A stretch of 64,000 nucleotides of DNA from Lama glama (lineage: Eukaryota): the NCBI GenBank assembly GCA_028534125.1, contig CM052816.1, positions 50,594,001 to 50,658,000 of the forward strand, written 5' to 3'. The notes beneath the pieces were generated by a model. It saw only the letters and a program-made list of their open reading frames with translations, had not been told where the DNA came from and did not search any database. Shown here one piece after another: positions 49,000 to 62,860 of this stretch (its first letter is position 1; the number at the start of each line of letters is the position of its first letter). Both the position numbers and the translations under genes were made by a program.

Positions 49000-50245
49000 T
49001 GAACCAAAGCGATTTCCTTAGTTAGCAAGGACCACTTCCGAGAGTAAAGTGCAAGGGGAGTCTACCATCCAGACATTTAAAAAATAGTAGGGATGAGGAA
49101 GTATATGTGTGAGCTGTGCATCTGAAAATGTCTGTGTCATACAATGTCTCCTCATCTAGAATAGGAAAAGAAGAAAATTTGCAGTTCATCATAAAATCTT
49201 AGGGCATCATGTCAAAAAAACTTAAAGTAGAACAAACGGTAACAGGATAATATTTGCCCCATGTGTGATCCATAACTATCCCAGACACATGGTGCTGAGT
49301 TGCTACATTGCTTCAAGGACACAGCCAACAGAACTCTCTAGGGTATCAGCAGGACACCCCCAGTTACTGCTCGTTCTTACGGACTGGGAGTAGCACTGAA
49401 CTACATACCGTAATTTGGAAATACAGCCCAAGAGGAATAAACCTATCTTTCACACACCATTGAAAAAAAAGAACTAAGTTAGTGTAGAAAATTTAAGCAA
49501 ATGGAGGGATAGACTGTCACTCGTGTTAGTTATAGTGCATTACTACTAGGAAGCCTAGATTCTAGGTCCGGACATCATAGTTTTGTTGAGCCTTTCTGTC
49601 AATAAACCAGGCTCACATGATAACATTTGTACAGTTAGTTCACTTCTACTGTATTGGCTCTGTTTTTACTATATTTTTCTGATAAAAACAATGTTGTTTG
49701 GGGCAGTATTTTTATTTGTTCTCATTGCTTAAAAGTGCTCTCCAGGACAAAGCATTGAAAGCAATGACTAACCAGTTCCTGGAACTCTTAACCTGAACAC
49801 ATCTTTTTTTTTCAATTTTTATTTTTAGTAGTCAGAATATGGTCAAGAACTAGTTGATTCTGCCTATAGCTCTAACTTAGTCATGGTGTACATGTTAAGT
49901 TAATTTTTTAAGAGAGACCTGGAATATTTCCCATCTAGTCCCATGGAGAAAAACACCTGTCAAGTGCCTGTTGCTACTCATTTTCCTGTAGAAAAGACAG
50001 TACTTTGTAGGGATGTCCATGGCAGTTCTTTCCAGAACAAGTGGACAGAGGAGGGATGGGAGGTAAAGAAGAGGGCATAATTCTCATAAAGATGCATCTC
50101 TGAACACTCAGTGGTGACCAGCCAGTGGTTTGCGAGTTCCTGAACCCGAGGGAACTGTCAGTGTGAGAGCAAGCACCTGGTGAAAACCCGCAGGCCAGAC
50201 AGCCTCGGTGCCTGGGGTGGGGATGGTGCGACCTCGATCTCTGCG

Positions 50246-50276
50246 GTGACTCAGCCTATCCACTGATTATTTGCAT
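50246..50276. promoter_or_regulatory. AP-1/ARE + octamer motif pair in a CpG-retaining patch
   Basis: GTGACTCAGC (50246-50255) and ATTTGCAT (50269-50276). Confidence 0.3.
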
Positions 50277-52461
50277 ACCTCCCTTCCTACATATGTAATA
50301 TGTACTGAAAATAACACTTTATGTCTTCATAGTTCTTAATGTTCCTATTCTTTCCCACCTCCAAAGTTCCCCATCTGCCCTCTGGGGTTCGGAATTTACC
50401 CCCAGCTACATATTCCAGTCTGGAAATCTTCTAATTGACTCCCCTTTAAATCTGCAGAATCATACCCTGAGTTTTAACCATCTACACTTTTTATTACTCT
50501 TAGAGAAGGGAGAACATTAACTTCCTGAGAGTCCCACACTGATGTAAGTCTTAAAACGAGGCCACAAAACAATGCTCTTGTGTACAGTGTGAGACTAGAC
50601 AAGAATCATGGGATGTTATAAAATCGGACTTGGCTCACTAAGAATGTACCAAGTATGGTTGTCTAGATATGATCATAGGGAATTTTTAGGGTTCCAAAAA
50701 CTTAAAATGTTTCTCAAACAGGGGTTTGAAAGAACACTAAAAGTAATTTTCAAAATTCTGTGTTTTACATTCAACAATAAGCTAAAATAAAATTAGTTGG
50801 AGCTTAGTTTGCTATTCTGTATGACTATAGCAGAACACCACCATCTGATTTAGTGCTTGCATTACATTTTTGTCAACTTTCTTATTGGCACCAAAAAGTA
50901 CCATGTCACTGCTGTGTGCTAGTTAGAAAAAGAACAAAAGATAACTTAATTTAGAAATGATGGCTTCCCACTAAGTAAAGAACAAATTATATCATCAGGG
51001 ATAATTTCAAATTGAAAAAAACTTGGAAGGAAAAATGAATCTTCAAAAGGCCCACAGCAGTGTTGGCATGTGAACTCTCTATTTGTCTTATGGATGGTGA
51101 TTTCATTTCTACAAAATACAATTTGTCACATAATCTGTTAATTTCAATTTAATTTTTTCATTTTTAAAATTTTGTTTACATTGATTTGTCTACTTTGATT
51201 TTATAGTGGTAGCACAATTGTGAGACAACAGAGCTTGCAATTAATTTTTTGGTATATGCACAATTAAACCATAATAAAAGTTACAGTTAATATTAATGGT
51301 TCTTGGGAGTTTTTTTTCTTCATTTAAAATGTTATATGATCGACATTCAAGAAACACTGAGCTAGGTGCACCAAATTCCCCAAAGTGATGGTAAATCAAA
51401 CAGAAATGTTAACTTAAAATAATTCTCTTTGTTGGGAAAACTAAATAATCTAATGAGTAAAAAAGATGTTCAAAAAAATGTTTAAATGATATAAAAGAAA
51501 GGTCAGTCATTTGTTTTTCATTGTCAGAAGTTTCTTTTTGCATAGTACTTTATCAGTTGGTTTGATAAAGATATATAATATATAGCTTAGAAAATAAATC
51601 ACCCTGAACTATAAAACCATGGAGTTCTGAACAATTCTAAGGCAATGACAATAAAAATAAGCAATCCCATGAAATTATTTAGAACTAAATTCTGTAGACA
51701 CATACTGTGAGTGAGGAGAACGTGTATTTCAATGAGAGATGCTTTATTCATCATGCTACTTCGATCTTCCACATCTTTACTATATATTTATCTAGAGGAA
51801 AAGTATCTTAACATTGCATGTATGAATCTATAAAGAAAAAAGTTACATTAAAAACAACCTTGGAAATAATTCTATTCAATATAAAAATGGAGAATTTGTT
51901 GCTTAAAATAACTTTATCTGGTGACACTAATGATTGGAAACCATTTTGGCAAGAGCAAGAATAATTTACATGCAAAAACTAGAAGACATTATGCCTACAG
52001 AGACCATTGTCTTTGAGTTTTCTTAAAGGATAAGACAAAGTTGTTATTGCTCCTTCTTTAATAAGATTTGCTATAGATTAGTTTGGCCACATTTAAGATT
52101 GTAGCTAAAGTTTGTGGCTTTCAGATGCAGTCTCACTGTACTTATACATTAAAATATTTCATTTCAGAAAAATTTACTTCAATGAGATCTATATTTCCTC
52201 TTAGGAAGGGAGAACATATGCTTATAAAAATTCTAAGGATGCCTCAGTCTTCTCTATGTAATATATAATGTAATGAAAATATCCAAAGGGCTTTGAGCAT
52301 AATGTATATAACAGACAGTGTGAACTTTGAGTAGTAAAACATAGACTACAAGGAGTGAGATCTTCCAATATCTTGACAAAGCCAGTTTTTGCTAGGGATT
52401 TTCTTTCTGATTTGAAGGGAAAATAAAAAGATGATTTGAAGAAATGTTTCCTCTGGGTTTA

Positions 52462-52809
52462 TGCTGTGGTGTGAAAGTTTGTGTCCTCCCAAACTTTATA
52501 TGTTGAGATCCTAATCCCCCAAAGTGATGGAATAGCATTACCAGATGGGGCCTTTGGGAGGTGCTTGAGTCGAGAGGGTAGAATCCTGACGAATGGGATT
52601 AGTGTCTTACAAAAGAGGCTCCAGAGAATCTCTCCTCCCTTCTGGCATGTGAGAATAAGTCAGCCACTCAGAAGGGGGCCCTCACCTGACCATGCTGGCA
52701 CCTTCATCTCAGACTTCCAGCCTCCACAACTGTAAGAAATAAATTTCTGTTGCTTATAAGCCAACCAGACTGTGGTATTTTGTTGTAGCAACCGAAACGG
52801 ACTAAGACA
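52462..52809 (+). mobile_element. MLT1A/MST-type MaLR solo LTR, full length
   Basis: TG...CA ends ('ggactaagaca'), AATAAA; perfect TSD GTTTA (52457-52461 / 52810-52814). Confidence 0.92.
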
Positions 52810-52962
52810 GTTTATATCTGTTAATAACTAGCTACATGGAAAATAATATTCATTCCTCTTCCAGTCATTTTCAGATATTTTGGAAAGCACATGTACTGGA
52901 ATATAGTTATTTTATAAATAATATAAAGTATAGTGAATAAATACCTAATTTATAATTTACAT

Positions 52963-53330
52963 TGTTATGAACTGAATGTTTGTGTCATCCTCAAATTGAT
53001 GTTATCAAACCCTAACCCCCAATGTGACAGTATCAGGAGGAGATGGCTTTGGGAGGTAATTAGGTCATGAGGGCAGAGGCTTTATGGATGGGATTAGTGC
53101 CCTTATCAAAGAGATGCCAGGGAAGTCTCATCTCTCTTTCCACCTCATGGGAAGCTATGAGAAGACAGATAGTCTACAATCTAGAAGACAGTTCTCACCA
53201 GAACCCAACCACGTTGGTACCCTGATCAGTTTCCGGAAATGTGAGAACTAAATTTCTGTTGTTTACAAGCTAAAATCGTATTTATCAGACTTATGATATT
53301 TTTGTTATAGCAGCCCAGAGGACCAAAACA
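52963..53330 (+). mobile_element. MLT1A/MST-type MaLR solo LTR, full length
   Basis: TGTTATGAACTGAATGTTTGTGTC start, CA end; perfect TSD TACAT (52958-52962 / 53331-53335). Confidence 0.92.
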
Positions 53331-54083
53331 TACATGTTTCCAAAGCAAGGTCAAACGGTATATGTATTTGAGATTTAGTAGATACAGCAAGGTTATTCTA
53401 TTACAGTGTGTGAAACGCCATTTTTCTTTTTGGGCTGGAGCAAACAAGTGAGGTAGAGATGAGAAGGAGATTAGATTAGGGAGACACAGAGAAGGGTCAG
53501 AGAGGGAGAGATGCCAGACCATGCAAGCCTTGTAGGCCATTGTAAAGACCTATCTTTTTAATCACCTATCTTTTTATCACCTTCTTATCACCTATCTTTT
53601 TAATCTTTCCAATCAGAACTTTTTTATACGTTTATTACTATGTATGCATTTTCTGTTTATATGCAATAAAAGAGGATTTCTTATTACATATGCATTTTCT
53701 GTTTGTATGTTTGATTATGAAAATTGCTCATTTTGCCTGTGTTTTCTATTGTGTTGTTTATCCCATTCTTTTTGATTTTTAAGATCATTTTTACAACTAT
53801 TAGAATTGTGAGCTCTTTGTCTCCTTTATGTCAGCACAGTTTTATCCTTCAGTTTTTTCTTTCTAAAGGATCTTAAGACTTCTCTACTCCTGAATTACAT
53901 TGAAAGTGTATCTTTGCAAATTAACTGAAGAGAATTTCAGGCCTATGATTTGCTTTGCCATGTTTGTCAATCACAGTATCCTGTATCTAGTAAATAATTA
54001 TCAAAAAAAATTTAAACAAAATTAACACATATATTGGCTAGATCCTTAGTCACTAATGAGGTCTAGACTTTCTGGTTGTTATA

Positions 54084-54488
54084 TGTGGTAGGCAGAATAA
54101 TATCCTGCCTTCCCCACCTTCCCCGTATACTCAACATCTGTGACTATATTACCTGACACAGTAAGAGAAACGTGACATTCATGATTAAGTTAAAGACCTT
54201 GAGTTGGGAGATTATTAATCATCAGGATGGCTGGAGGAAGGATAACTCAGAGAGGGGGATGTGACAGCAGGTGCAGGGGTCAGAGAGGAAAGATATTTGA
54301 TAATGCTATGCTGTTGGCTCTGAAGATGGACAGTGAGGCCATGAGCCAAGGAAAGCCAGTAGCCTCTAGACACTCCTGTAAAGCTTCCAGAAGGAACACA
54401 ACCCTGCCAACTCAGTTTAGGCTTCTAACTCCCAGGACTCTAATATAATGAGGTTATCTTTATCCCATGGTAATAGGAAGCTAATACA
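54084..54488 (+). mobile_element. MLT1D-type MaLR solo LTR
   Basis: TGTGGTAGGCAGAATAAT start, 'gctaataca' end, flanks TTATA / TTATT. Confidence 0.85.
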
Positions 54489-57400
54489 TTATTCTACTAC
54501 TGACCTGCATTAATCACGTCACTAACCTCTTGGTTTATCAGTTTCTTCATTTATAGAGTGGAAATGTATGGTATTTCTTTGGTCCTTAGATTCCTTTCAG
54601 ATAAAGCCCTCAGGGATTGTATATTTTGTGTAATGAAGCAGAACTCAGACTTGTCACTCTACTGACTTTCTCTCTCACAGAGAGGGGATTGCACGTTCAC
54701 TTTAACATCCTCAGGGAATTTCTGCCACCTGTTACTTTGGCTCTAGTGTAAGTTGCTTCCGCTGCTCTGCTCAGTTAATAAAAGCTGCGTAGAATCATGG
54801 TCACAGGGGAGGAGAAACTGTCATCCGAGCATAAATTCAAAAAAAGGGTGCCCAGTCCAGGCCAGGGCAGAGAAGTGGTGCAGCCAGTGAAGATGGCTCT
54901 TAGTGGAAGCTTGGGACGCACACTGATTTCGTGGTGTTCCATGGGTTTTTATTGTGAGTTCACTGGCTGTATGAAATGGGCTAATTTCAAAAGCTACACA
55001 GCCAGATGAGGAGGGTACAAGGTGAAGGGAATGGAACAGAGCCACATGTAGTAAATCCCAAGAGCTCGGTTTTTACTGGAGGCAGCAGGTCTGGGAATGA
55101 ACCGTCCACATTTGCCCAGTCGCCTTTCTGGCCTGGGCAAGGGTGACCAAGCATTATACAAAATGCATGGCTTTTAGAGGGACTGAACATGCAACCTGGC
55201 CTTATTTGCATGATGAACTAAGATACATGAACACCTTGATACACTGTGTAGACAGATTATAACTACTGAGGCACTGAGCAAATAAGCCTGAATAGTCTTC
55301 AGATATATATGAGATGGAGAACATGAGTCCACAAACCACTGTAAATACCATCACCTCACGGTTGAAATTTTAAGCCTATAGGAATCAGAATACATTAAGA
55401 AAATTTATATGGAATGAAGAATATCGTCAAGAGAAATGATCTCCTTAAGACTAAGAACAAACTTCTGGTTAAAATGACAGATTTCACAATAAAATGACAG
55501 AAAATACATTTGCTGTCCTTTTCCACAGAAAGCCTCGTGGGATTTAGAGTAAGTTTTCCATTCTGTTGCGTAGTTACACTTCCACAGTTGGGTCCAGGAT
55601 GTCTAATTGCTGTTCCTTCTAATTGGGCAGGAAGATTTGGCTCTGGCTGCCTATATGACTGCCCTGTGGGGCAGGGACCAGATGGACCTGTCTTGTTCTT
55701 TACTGGCGGTTTCATGTGGCCTGACTGACTGGTACGGGCTGAATGTTTCCATGTTCCCATAAGAGTACTGAGTGAGTAAACAACTGAGCACACTAAGCTA
55801 GCCATTAATTTATATTGAGAAGCACAACAAAATATGGTCAGAGTAAAAAGTGATATTGTGCAATGTGACAATAGCAGCTGATTTATGAGAAATTTCACAC
55901 TAGCATTGGGACAGTTGGATTCACTAATTTACGGGTTTGACACAGCTATGGTCTTCTGCTTCCTCTCATCTGTTGGACAAACTGTGTGTTTCTCAAAGGA
56001 ACAGTATCCATTTCTTCGGTGCCTGGGCTTAGAGGCCACATTTGTGGCTGGTTAACATTTTGCCAAAAGCTTCATTAAAATAAAATAGACTATTCTCTAA
56101 TCTGGGTGGAAACTCCGGGGGTGGGAAGAAGGAGACCTTTCTTACTGGGAAAAAAAACCTAATTTTGCTTTGGTTTCAATACAGTATTCAGCTTTTATTT
56201 GACACACAAACAATTCAATGTACACAGCTTATTCTGATGGGGTAATGTTTGGTTAGGACATTGTGAATAGGAAATAACATTAATAATTCTTTGAATATAT
56301 TTTTATATCATTAAAGAGCACATGTATTTAAAGAATTTGTCTTCTTTCTGTTCAGTGGTTATTTACCAAGGAGTATAACAAAGATTAAAGGACCTTCATC
56401 TAATTCTAAACTAGAGAAAACTGTGTTTCTGAGGGTAATCAGTTAACTGGGGTGTCTACAGGGTAACTTTCAGTGTGCCAACTTCCTCCTCCCTGCCATT
56501 TCATCATATTAACTACCACCTCCTTTCAGTGTTTCTGAGCAAGCTTTGTGCACGGCTTGGGTTCAAATACCAGAAGTCTTTAGCCAATTAAGCAGCACTC
56601 TGTTCCTTACAGAAGAATCTCAACAAAGCACTCCCTGATGCCTGCCCTGAGGACTCTGGCAGGAAAGGCAGAGTGGTGTGGAGCAAAGAGTACCGAAGGA
56701 GGAGGCAAACGGGCAAGGGGCTTGTCCTCACTCTTCTGGTAGTGTGCTCCTGCCTCTCTTTCCCAGGACAGTGGTGATAACTTGTGTGGCCTGCTAACAT
56801 CATGGGACGATGTGTGCCATAAATTAAATCAAGACTGTGGAAGTGCTTTGTAGGCCATCATGTGCTGAGCAGATACAAGGTGTGACTGGTATTGGATTCC
56901 ACGGAGGCCTTGCCCTGGCTGATCTGAGTTTCTCCACACTGCCAACATCTGCACCTGCTCTCACCCCGTCAGAGAGACAGAGCCCCTCCTTGGCAGCTGG
57001 AAGACAGAGTCATCTTCAGAACTGGCGTTTTCCATTCGAATGGTTCATTCATCCCACCTCCTCCAGCTCCCAGCTGCTGTGCACAGACGCTACCACCCTA
57101 GGGAGGAAAACGAGCTGCCTCACCACACACAGAGCTTTCCCCCCAGAGCACACATATCCAAGACATAGGAGTGTAGCTTTGCTCCCTCTTTCAGTAGAAC
57201 CATCCAGCACAACTCATTGTCCTTGCTCTGCACCCACGGTTTGTTCTTTCCTGCTGCCCCTTAATAATGTTCCCATATCCTGGAGGCGTCAGGATAATTT
57301 CTCTTTCATTATCAGTGTTCTCAGGATGTAACAAACTCACTATGACTTAGTATGAATTCAAGTACTTCTGACAGCGTTGTTTCCAAATTAGAAATTGGTG

Positions 57401-57659
57401 TTGATAATGTTGAAAAAGGATTGAGTTAATTTTTTTGCACTCTTCAGTTCCTAGTCAGGCCCCAAAGGCAAAATGAAACTGCAGAGAAGATGGAAAGAGG
57501 GATTCAGCAGAGGTCTGAGAAAATGCAATCAAGGGATAGAGAGCACAGCCTTCCAGGAAGGGTTAAAACTACTGGAATCATTTTAACCTAAAGATGAAGT
57601 ATGCAAAATGCTGGCCAATTACCCCCTATCTCCACCACAAAAGGAAACAAGAAAATGTT

Positions 57660-57825
57660 TTAAAATGTAGCAAGAGGGACTTAGGTTAGATATAAGGAAG
57701 AATTTCTTACTAATGTGGGTTGTTAAATATGGCAAGGGTTTACAAAGGAAATTTGTAAGGAATTTCCTGCTGTGGCCATCTTTCCATATTAGGGTAGATT
57801 CCACTTGTGTCGGATGGTTTAAATA
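57660..57825 (+). mobile_element. CR1/L3 3' fragment
   Basis: 'gacttaggttagatataaggaagaatttcttac..gttgttaaa..tgg'. Confidence 0.6.
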
Positions 57826-57949
57826 AAGTACTTCATAATTTTCCTAAAATGTCTGTACATTCACTTTGCCAATTAAGTGAACAGATTGGCACTACAGTGA
57901 ATATCTTGCACTCATGATTGCCTCTGTATCATTAAACATCTTTTGGGGG

Positions 57950-58207
57950 GATTTTTTACATTGTGGGAAAAATATATGTAACATAAAATTAAACATTTTA
58001 ACCATTTTAAGTGATCATTTCAGTGGCAGTAAGTATATTCACATTGTTGTGCAGCCATTACCACCACCATCCATCTCTAAAACTTTGTCATCATCCTAAA
58101 CTGAAACTCTGCACCTATTAAACAAGTGTTCCCACTACTCTCTCCCTCCAGCCCCTGGTAACTTTATTCCACTTTCTTTCTCCATCAATTTGAGCTATTC
58201 TACATTT
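57950..58207 (-). mobile_element. L1MA/MB-type 3' end
   Basis: 'aacataaaatt..ccattttaagtg..cagtggcagtaagtatattcacattgttgtgcagccat..ccagcccctggtaac'. Confidence 0.85.
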
Positions 58208-58209
58208 TA

Positions 58210-58720
58210 ATGGTTGCCCTACAGAGTGAATTCCACCTTCCCAACAAAAAGCCTGAAGTACTATGTGTCTTAGCCCCTTTTCTCTGTAAGGTGAAGACCT
58301 GGAATCTCTGTTCTGCCAACCAGGGATGCCCACGTGAGTCTAGGATCCACAAATATGGATCATGAGACGCAGGCAAGCTAGTGGCATTCGCTGGTTGGGA
58401 CAGAATGGAGAAGATTGGTGAAGGCACCAGCAGCTTTCCAAGTTGGGTTGGCCTGGCATGGTTCTCCGGTTAGTAGGGTGGGAGCAGCTTCCTCCCTGTC
58501 TAAGAGGAGACTTTTTTATGATACTGGGGTAAATCACGTCCTTTTCCAAGCTGGTTCACTGGTGTGATGAGGAGTTGGGGGTTATTCCTGTATGTTCTCT
58601 TCAGATTTTGTGCCTTCTGGTCTTCTGGCAATTCTGAAATCTACTCAACTAGCTCTAATAAATCCTTTTTTGCTTACTAAGGGTTAGAATGGATTCTGTT
58701 GTCTCTTTTAAGAACCTCAA
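58210..58720 (+). mobile_element. ERVL LTR16-like solo LTR
   Basis: 3' end 'taataaatccttttttgctta..agaatggattctgttgtct..taagaacc'. Confidence 0.6.
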
Positions 58721-59619
58721 CCACCCAGGCAATTATCTTCCTATACTGATACCTCCCATAGATGATCCTTCCCCATGGATGGGAAGGAAGTGAGTTGGAT
58801 GGACCCAGGAGAGCCGGGCAGTTGATACAGCCCAGGCAACCTTCTCCTGCAGCATCTCCATGATGCCTGACCAGCTGTTTGTGTGTTGGGAGGTTGGGGT
58901 GGGGACAGGATTTAGAAGCCAGCACACCAGAGTTGGCACAAGGTAGTTGTCACCTTCCTCACAGAGACTCTCTGAGTCGTTCTCCCTCTCAGAAACTTTG
59001 CTATATCACATCTGTATGCACGTAGCAGAGCTCCTCTGCTTGAGACTTGAAATGGTAACTCTTTTATCTGAGAAGCAACTTCCCCTTTCACTAAGCCTCA
59101 CGGGGTGAGCCTGTGTTATGTGGAAAGGAGTGTGGCTTGTGAGATGGGGAGGAGGAGGGATCCCTCGGTGCTTCTGAGGGATCATTATCAGCTTTACAGA
59201 AGGGGAGCTAGTGCTCAGCTATCCCCTCCATAGCAAGCTGCCGAGGGCTGAGGGCTCCTGAAGTAGTTTGCTTGTTTTCTCCCTGTATATAGATTCAGGA
59301 GTGTCTGCAAGCTCCTCCACGCCAGATCTTGCATACATTTCTGTAGCCCTCACTATCCCAGCATGGGAAGGTACTTACTTGATGTTCAGTTCCTGGCTAA
59401 TCTATGTAAGCATGAGCTTGTAGGCATGTCTGGTTACAGTCTTCTAAATTTCAGTCTTTGTCTTTAATTAAGTATGCTTATATATTTTCTCTATTTTAGC
59501 TATTATGCTTTTCATACCTAAAATTTCTTTTGCAGCTGCACTGTTCCTTTTTCATTGTGTTCCATTCTTACTACGTAAATGTAATGTCTTCTTCCATCAT
59601 GGTAGGATATCATTTAGAA

Positions 59620-59868
59620 TTGGCAAACTGGTTAAGAGAGCAAACTCTAGGGCCAAGGTCCCTTGTTAGAATCATGGCTCTGCCAATTACCAGCTGTATG
59701 CCCTTGGGGAATTCACTGTACTTTTCTGTGCCTCAGTTTCTTTATCTATAAAATGAGGACAGTGATGATATATATATGGTAAGGTAGTTGTGAAAAATAC
59801 ATAAATTAATATATATAAAGTCCTTAGAACAATGCCTAACACTAAGCAAGTAATGCTAACTATTATTA
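59620..59868 (+). mobile_element. MIR SINE, near full length
   Basis: 'tggttaagag..ggctctgccaattaccagctgtatgcccttggg..ctgtgcctcagtttctttatctataaaatg..cttagaacaatgcct'. Confidence 0.85.
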
Positions 59869-61069
59869 AGTTCTTTTCTGTTTTCTGCAGCGTTGATTTT
59901 CCTCTTTTATTATTTTAGTCTTTTCTTTTGTGTTTCTAGTTTTTTTTATTTGTTTGTTTAGTTTTGTTATTCAACCACTTTTAAGAATGAAGAATAAAAC
60001 TCTTTATTCTAAGTGATTAGTATAAGTTTCATCTGCTCGTGTGTGAATAGGTTTTTTTCTTCAAAAAGTACCCTCCACTGCATTGAAATTTGACTGACAG
60101 TTTTATGCATGTGGGCAAAGGCCTGTCAGCTAACCTGATTCATTTCCAGGGTGAGTGATTTGGACATCAGCCAACAGGTTGCTGTTTCTCTAAATAGTAG
60201 AACAAAGAGGTTTCAAACGTCTATGCCCCGTTAGAATCAAGTCATTGATCAAAGAGACTTTAGACTGCTTGACTTTCTGCTCTGATGTGAGGAAAGAGAG
60301 ATGAGAGATATGCTGGGCAGCTACATGGTACAAAGAACTCCAGATAATCTTCTGTTTGCCCTATTTCTATTCTCCTCACTTTGCCTTATTGGCCACTTTC
60401 AACCTGGTGCTTCCAATAAGACTGACTCCCACCTCCACCTCCACTGGAGTCTGCAGTCAGTGGATTTAGATCTTCATTTTGCTCTGTTCTATTTCATATG
60501 TCAGTTGCTTTTTATCTGACACCTTCCTGACTTTCAAAAAGTTGTTAGAATCTCTGTTCTGATTTGACTACGTCCATGCCCCCATTATCTTTTCTGTTAA
60601 TAAAATTGCTTTTGTTCTACTGTATGGTATCTTAGAATCACTGAAATTCCTGTAGAGCCCTGAGATTGATGGGAAGTTTGTTGCTCATTTTGCCTTCTTG
60701 ATCTGGAATTAACATCACAAGTATTATTGCTGGAATCACTGGAGATTATCAGTTAATTATTTATCCCCTCTCCTTGATTCTGAAATAACTGAAAATAAAG
60801 ATACTAGTCTTCCACCTTAAACAGAAACAGCCACACATAAACAGAGAAAATTAACGCATTATCCCTTCCAAAAAAGGAACCAAGTTTGATAGATATAAGA
60901 CTCTCCCTAATTGCATCCAACAATTAAGTCACTTCTTCTTCACAGGGGAAGGAAAAGTAAAATGCAGAGAAAGAATATCATTGTGTTTCGCCTCACAGAA
61001 TTTCCTATGAGGTGAGAAGTATTGGTGAATTCCCATGTTAGGAGTTGAGGCGGGAACATATGGAATGGA

Positions 61070-61200
61070 ATGGTAGGAAAATCTTTTACAATTATTTTAT
61101 AGATGAAGTACCTGAGATTTGAGGGGACTAAATGACTTGCTCAAGGTCACAGAATTTTTAAGTGATAAAGCCAGACTCTAGCATTCCTCACTTGGAGCCC
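61070..61200 (-). mobile_element. MIR SINE
   Basis: 'attttatagatgaag..ctgag..aaatgacttgctcaaggtcacag'. Confidence 0.75.
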
Positions 61201-61638
61201 TTTAAACCTGCTTCTGTGGTATATTTCTTCTCTAGAATATGCTCCAGTAACCTCAAACATCCAAACACTAAATTTTCAAAAACATATTCAATGAAATCAA
61301 TAATATTTATTTAGAATTAGACTCTCTCACAAGTCACTATACTGTGATTCCCAAGGCAAAAAAAGAAAACTCATACAGCTTAGACATTTCAAAAATATAC
61401 TGGAAACAAAAGGGTTTTCAGGCTCTCATTACTCTACATTTTATTAACCAGAATTACTATTTTTTCTACTTCTTAAGCTTTCTGATATATATTTTTCTAA
61501 CATAGAAAATATTGCTATTTTCTGAATTTCTCATTTCAGACTTTAGATTTCCTAGGAAATAGTTGACTTCAGCCCTATAACTGCCTTGCAGTAAATCACA
61601 AGTGTCTGCTTTCTTAGCATCAGAAAAAGCACAAAACT

Positions 61639-61839
61639 ACAAGGAACTACCTACTGTATAGCACAGGGAACTATATTCAGTTTTTGTAATAAGCTATAGT
61701 GAAAAAGAACCTGAAAAATATATATAGGCATGTAAATGTATAGCTGAATTGCTTTGCTGTACACCTGAAACTAACATTGTAAATCAACTATACTTCAATA
61801 AAAAATAAAATTGAAAAAAAAAAAAAAGAAAGAAAGTAG
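61639..61839 (+). mobile_element. 5'-truncated L1 3' end with poly-A and TSD
   Basis: 'ctactgtatagcacagggaactatattca..aatcaactatacttcaataaaa' + A tail; AGCACAAAACT at 61628-61638 and 61840-61850. Confidence 0.9.
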
Positions 61840-62359
61840 AGCACAAAACTGAAAAGGCTCCCTTGGGAGATGTAAGTACTGTGAGTCCTCATGAGGCTGC
61901 AGGTGGCTGGAATTCGACAGAAGTCCATTTTACATGTGGATGGCTTCCGACATTGCTCCTCTCACAGAATAGCTGGTGATAACACTTGGACATTTTCATT
62001 AAGCATCTCATTTTTTCCTTTGCTCAGCTTGAGATCGGTTCCTGAATTACAATCCCTGGCAGGAGAGCTGAGGCAGGAAAATATTAAGTTGCTGGTACGT
62101 GGAAACTCCTTTCTTCATCCTGAGATTCCACTAACGTCTCTCTGGCCCTTTCCTGGCACTTTTTATCATAAGTATTTTGGTGTTATTTGAAAAAAAAAGG
62201 CAGGGTGGGGGGGATAACTAGCTGAAACAGAGCTTCTGGTGTTTTCTCCTTCACAGTATAAAAATAATGAAGTAAAGGAGAATGTACTATACAGGTCATT
62301 AAGCCAACACAGCACACTGGTGACCTGATGGATGGAAGAGATTAGAAACTGTCTTTCTC

Positions 62360-62860
62360 CTTCATTCCAGTGTTTACAGGGCACCTACGATGTGCTATTC
62401 GGTATGCTCGGAATTGGTATATAACAACCAGAGCAAAGCCCCTACTTTTAAGGAGCCCACAGTCTACTGAGGAAGACAGAAGAATGAAGTCACTGATTTC
62501 AGTGTTCGGTGATACACACTGGGACAGGATGTAGTTTAGGTGAGTGTATGAACGTACTGTAGGGGTGAATAGCAGCTCATCTATGCGGTGCAGAGCGTAG
62601 GGGAGGCCCAGGAGATGATCTTTGAGTGGGGCCCTAAAAACAAAGACAGACGTTCCAGAAGGACAAGGTGAGAAAGGACCACCCAGGCAGAGGAAATAGA
62701 ATCTTTATATGGGGAGGCATGAGGGAGCCATGTGTGCTCCAAACATAAGGTCCTTATACCTGGAGTTTGGGGTGAAGGGAGAAGGGGGTAACAGTTCATA
62801 AGACCAGAGGTTAGACAAACGGCATTGTCGACGCGAGAAAGACTTTGAACTTCCTCCTCT
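62360..62860 (-). mobile_element. L2 fragment
   Basis: 'ttcattccagtgttta..ggcacctacgatgtgc..aaggagcccacagtcta..ccaggcagaggaaa'. Confidence 0.6.

Noticed and set aside
55395..55898. 167-aa minus-strand ORF
   Set aside because: Non-ATG start, no recognisable domain, no convincing splice boundaries.
56837..57331. 164-aa plus-strand ORF
   Set aside because: GTG start, no ATG until the last codon, no recognisable domain; expected by chance in GC-richer DNA.
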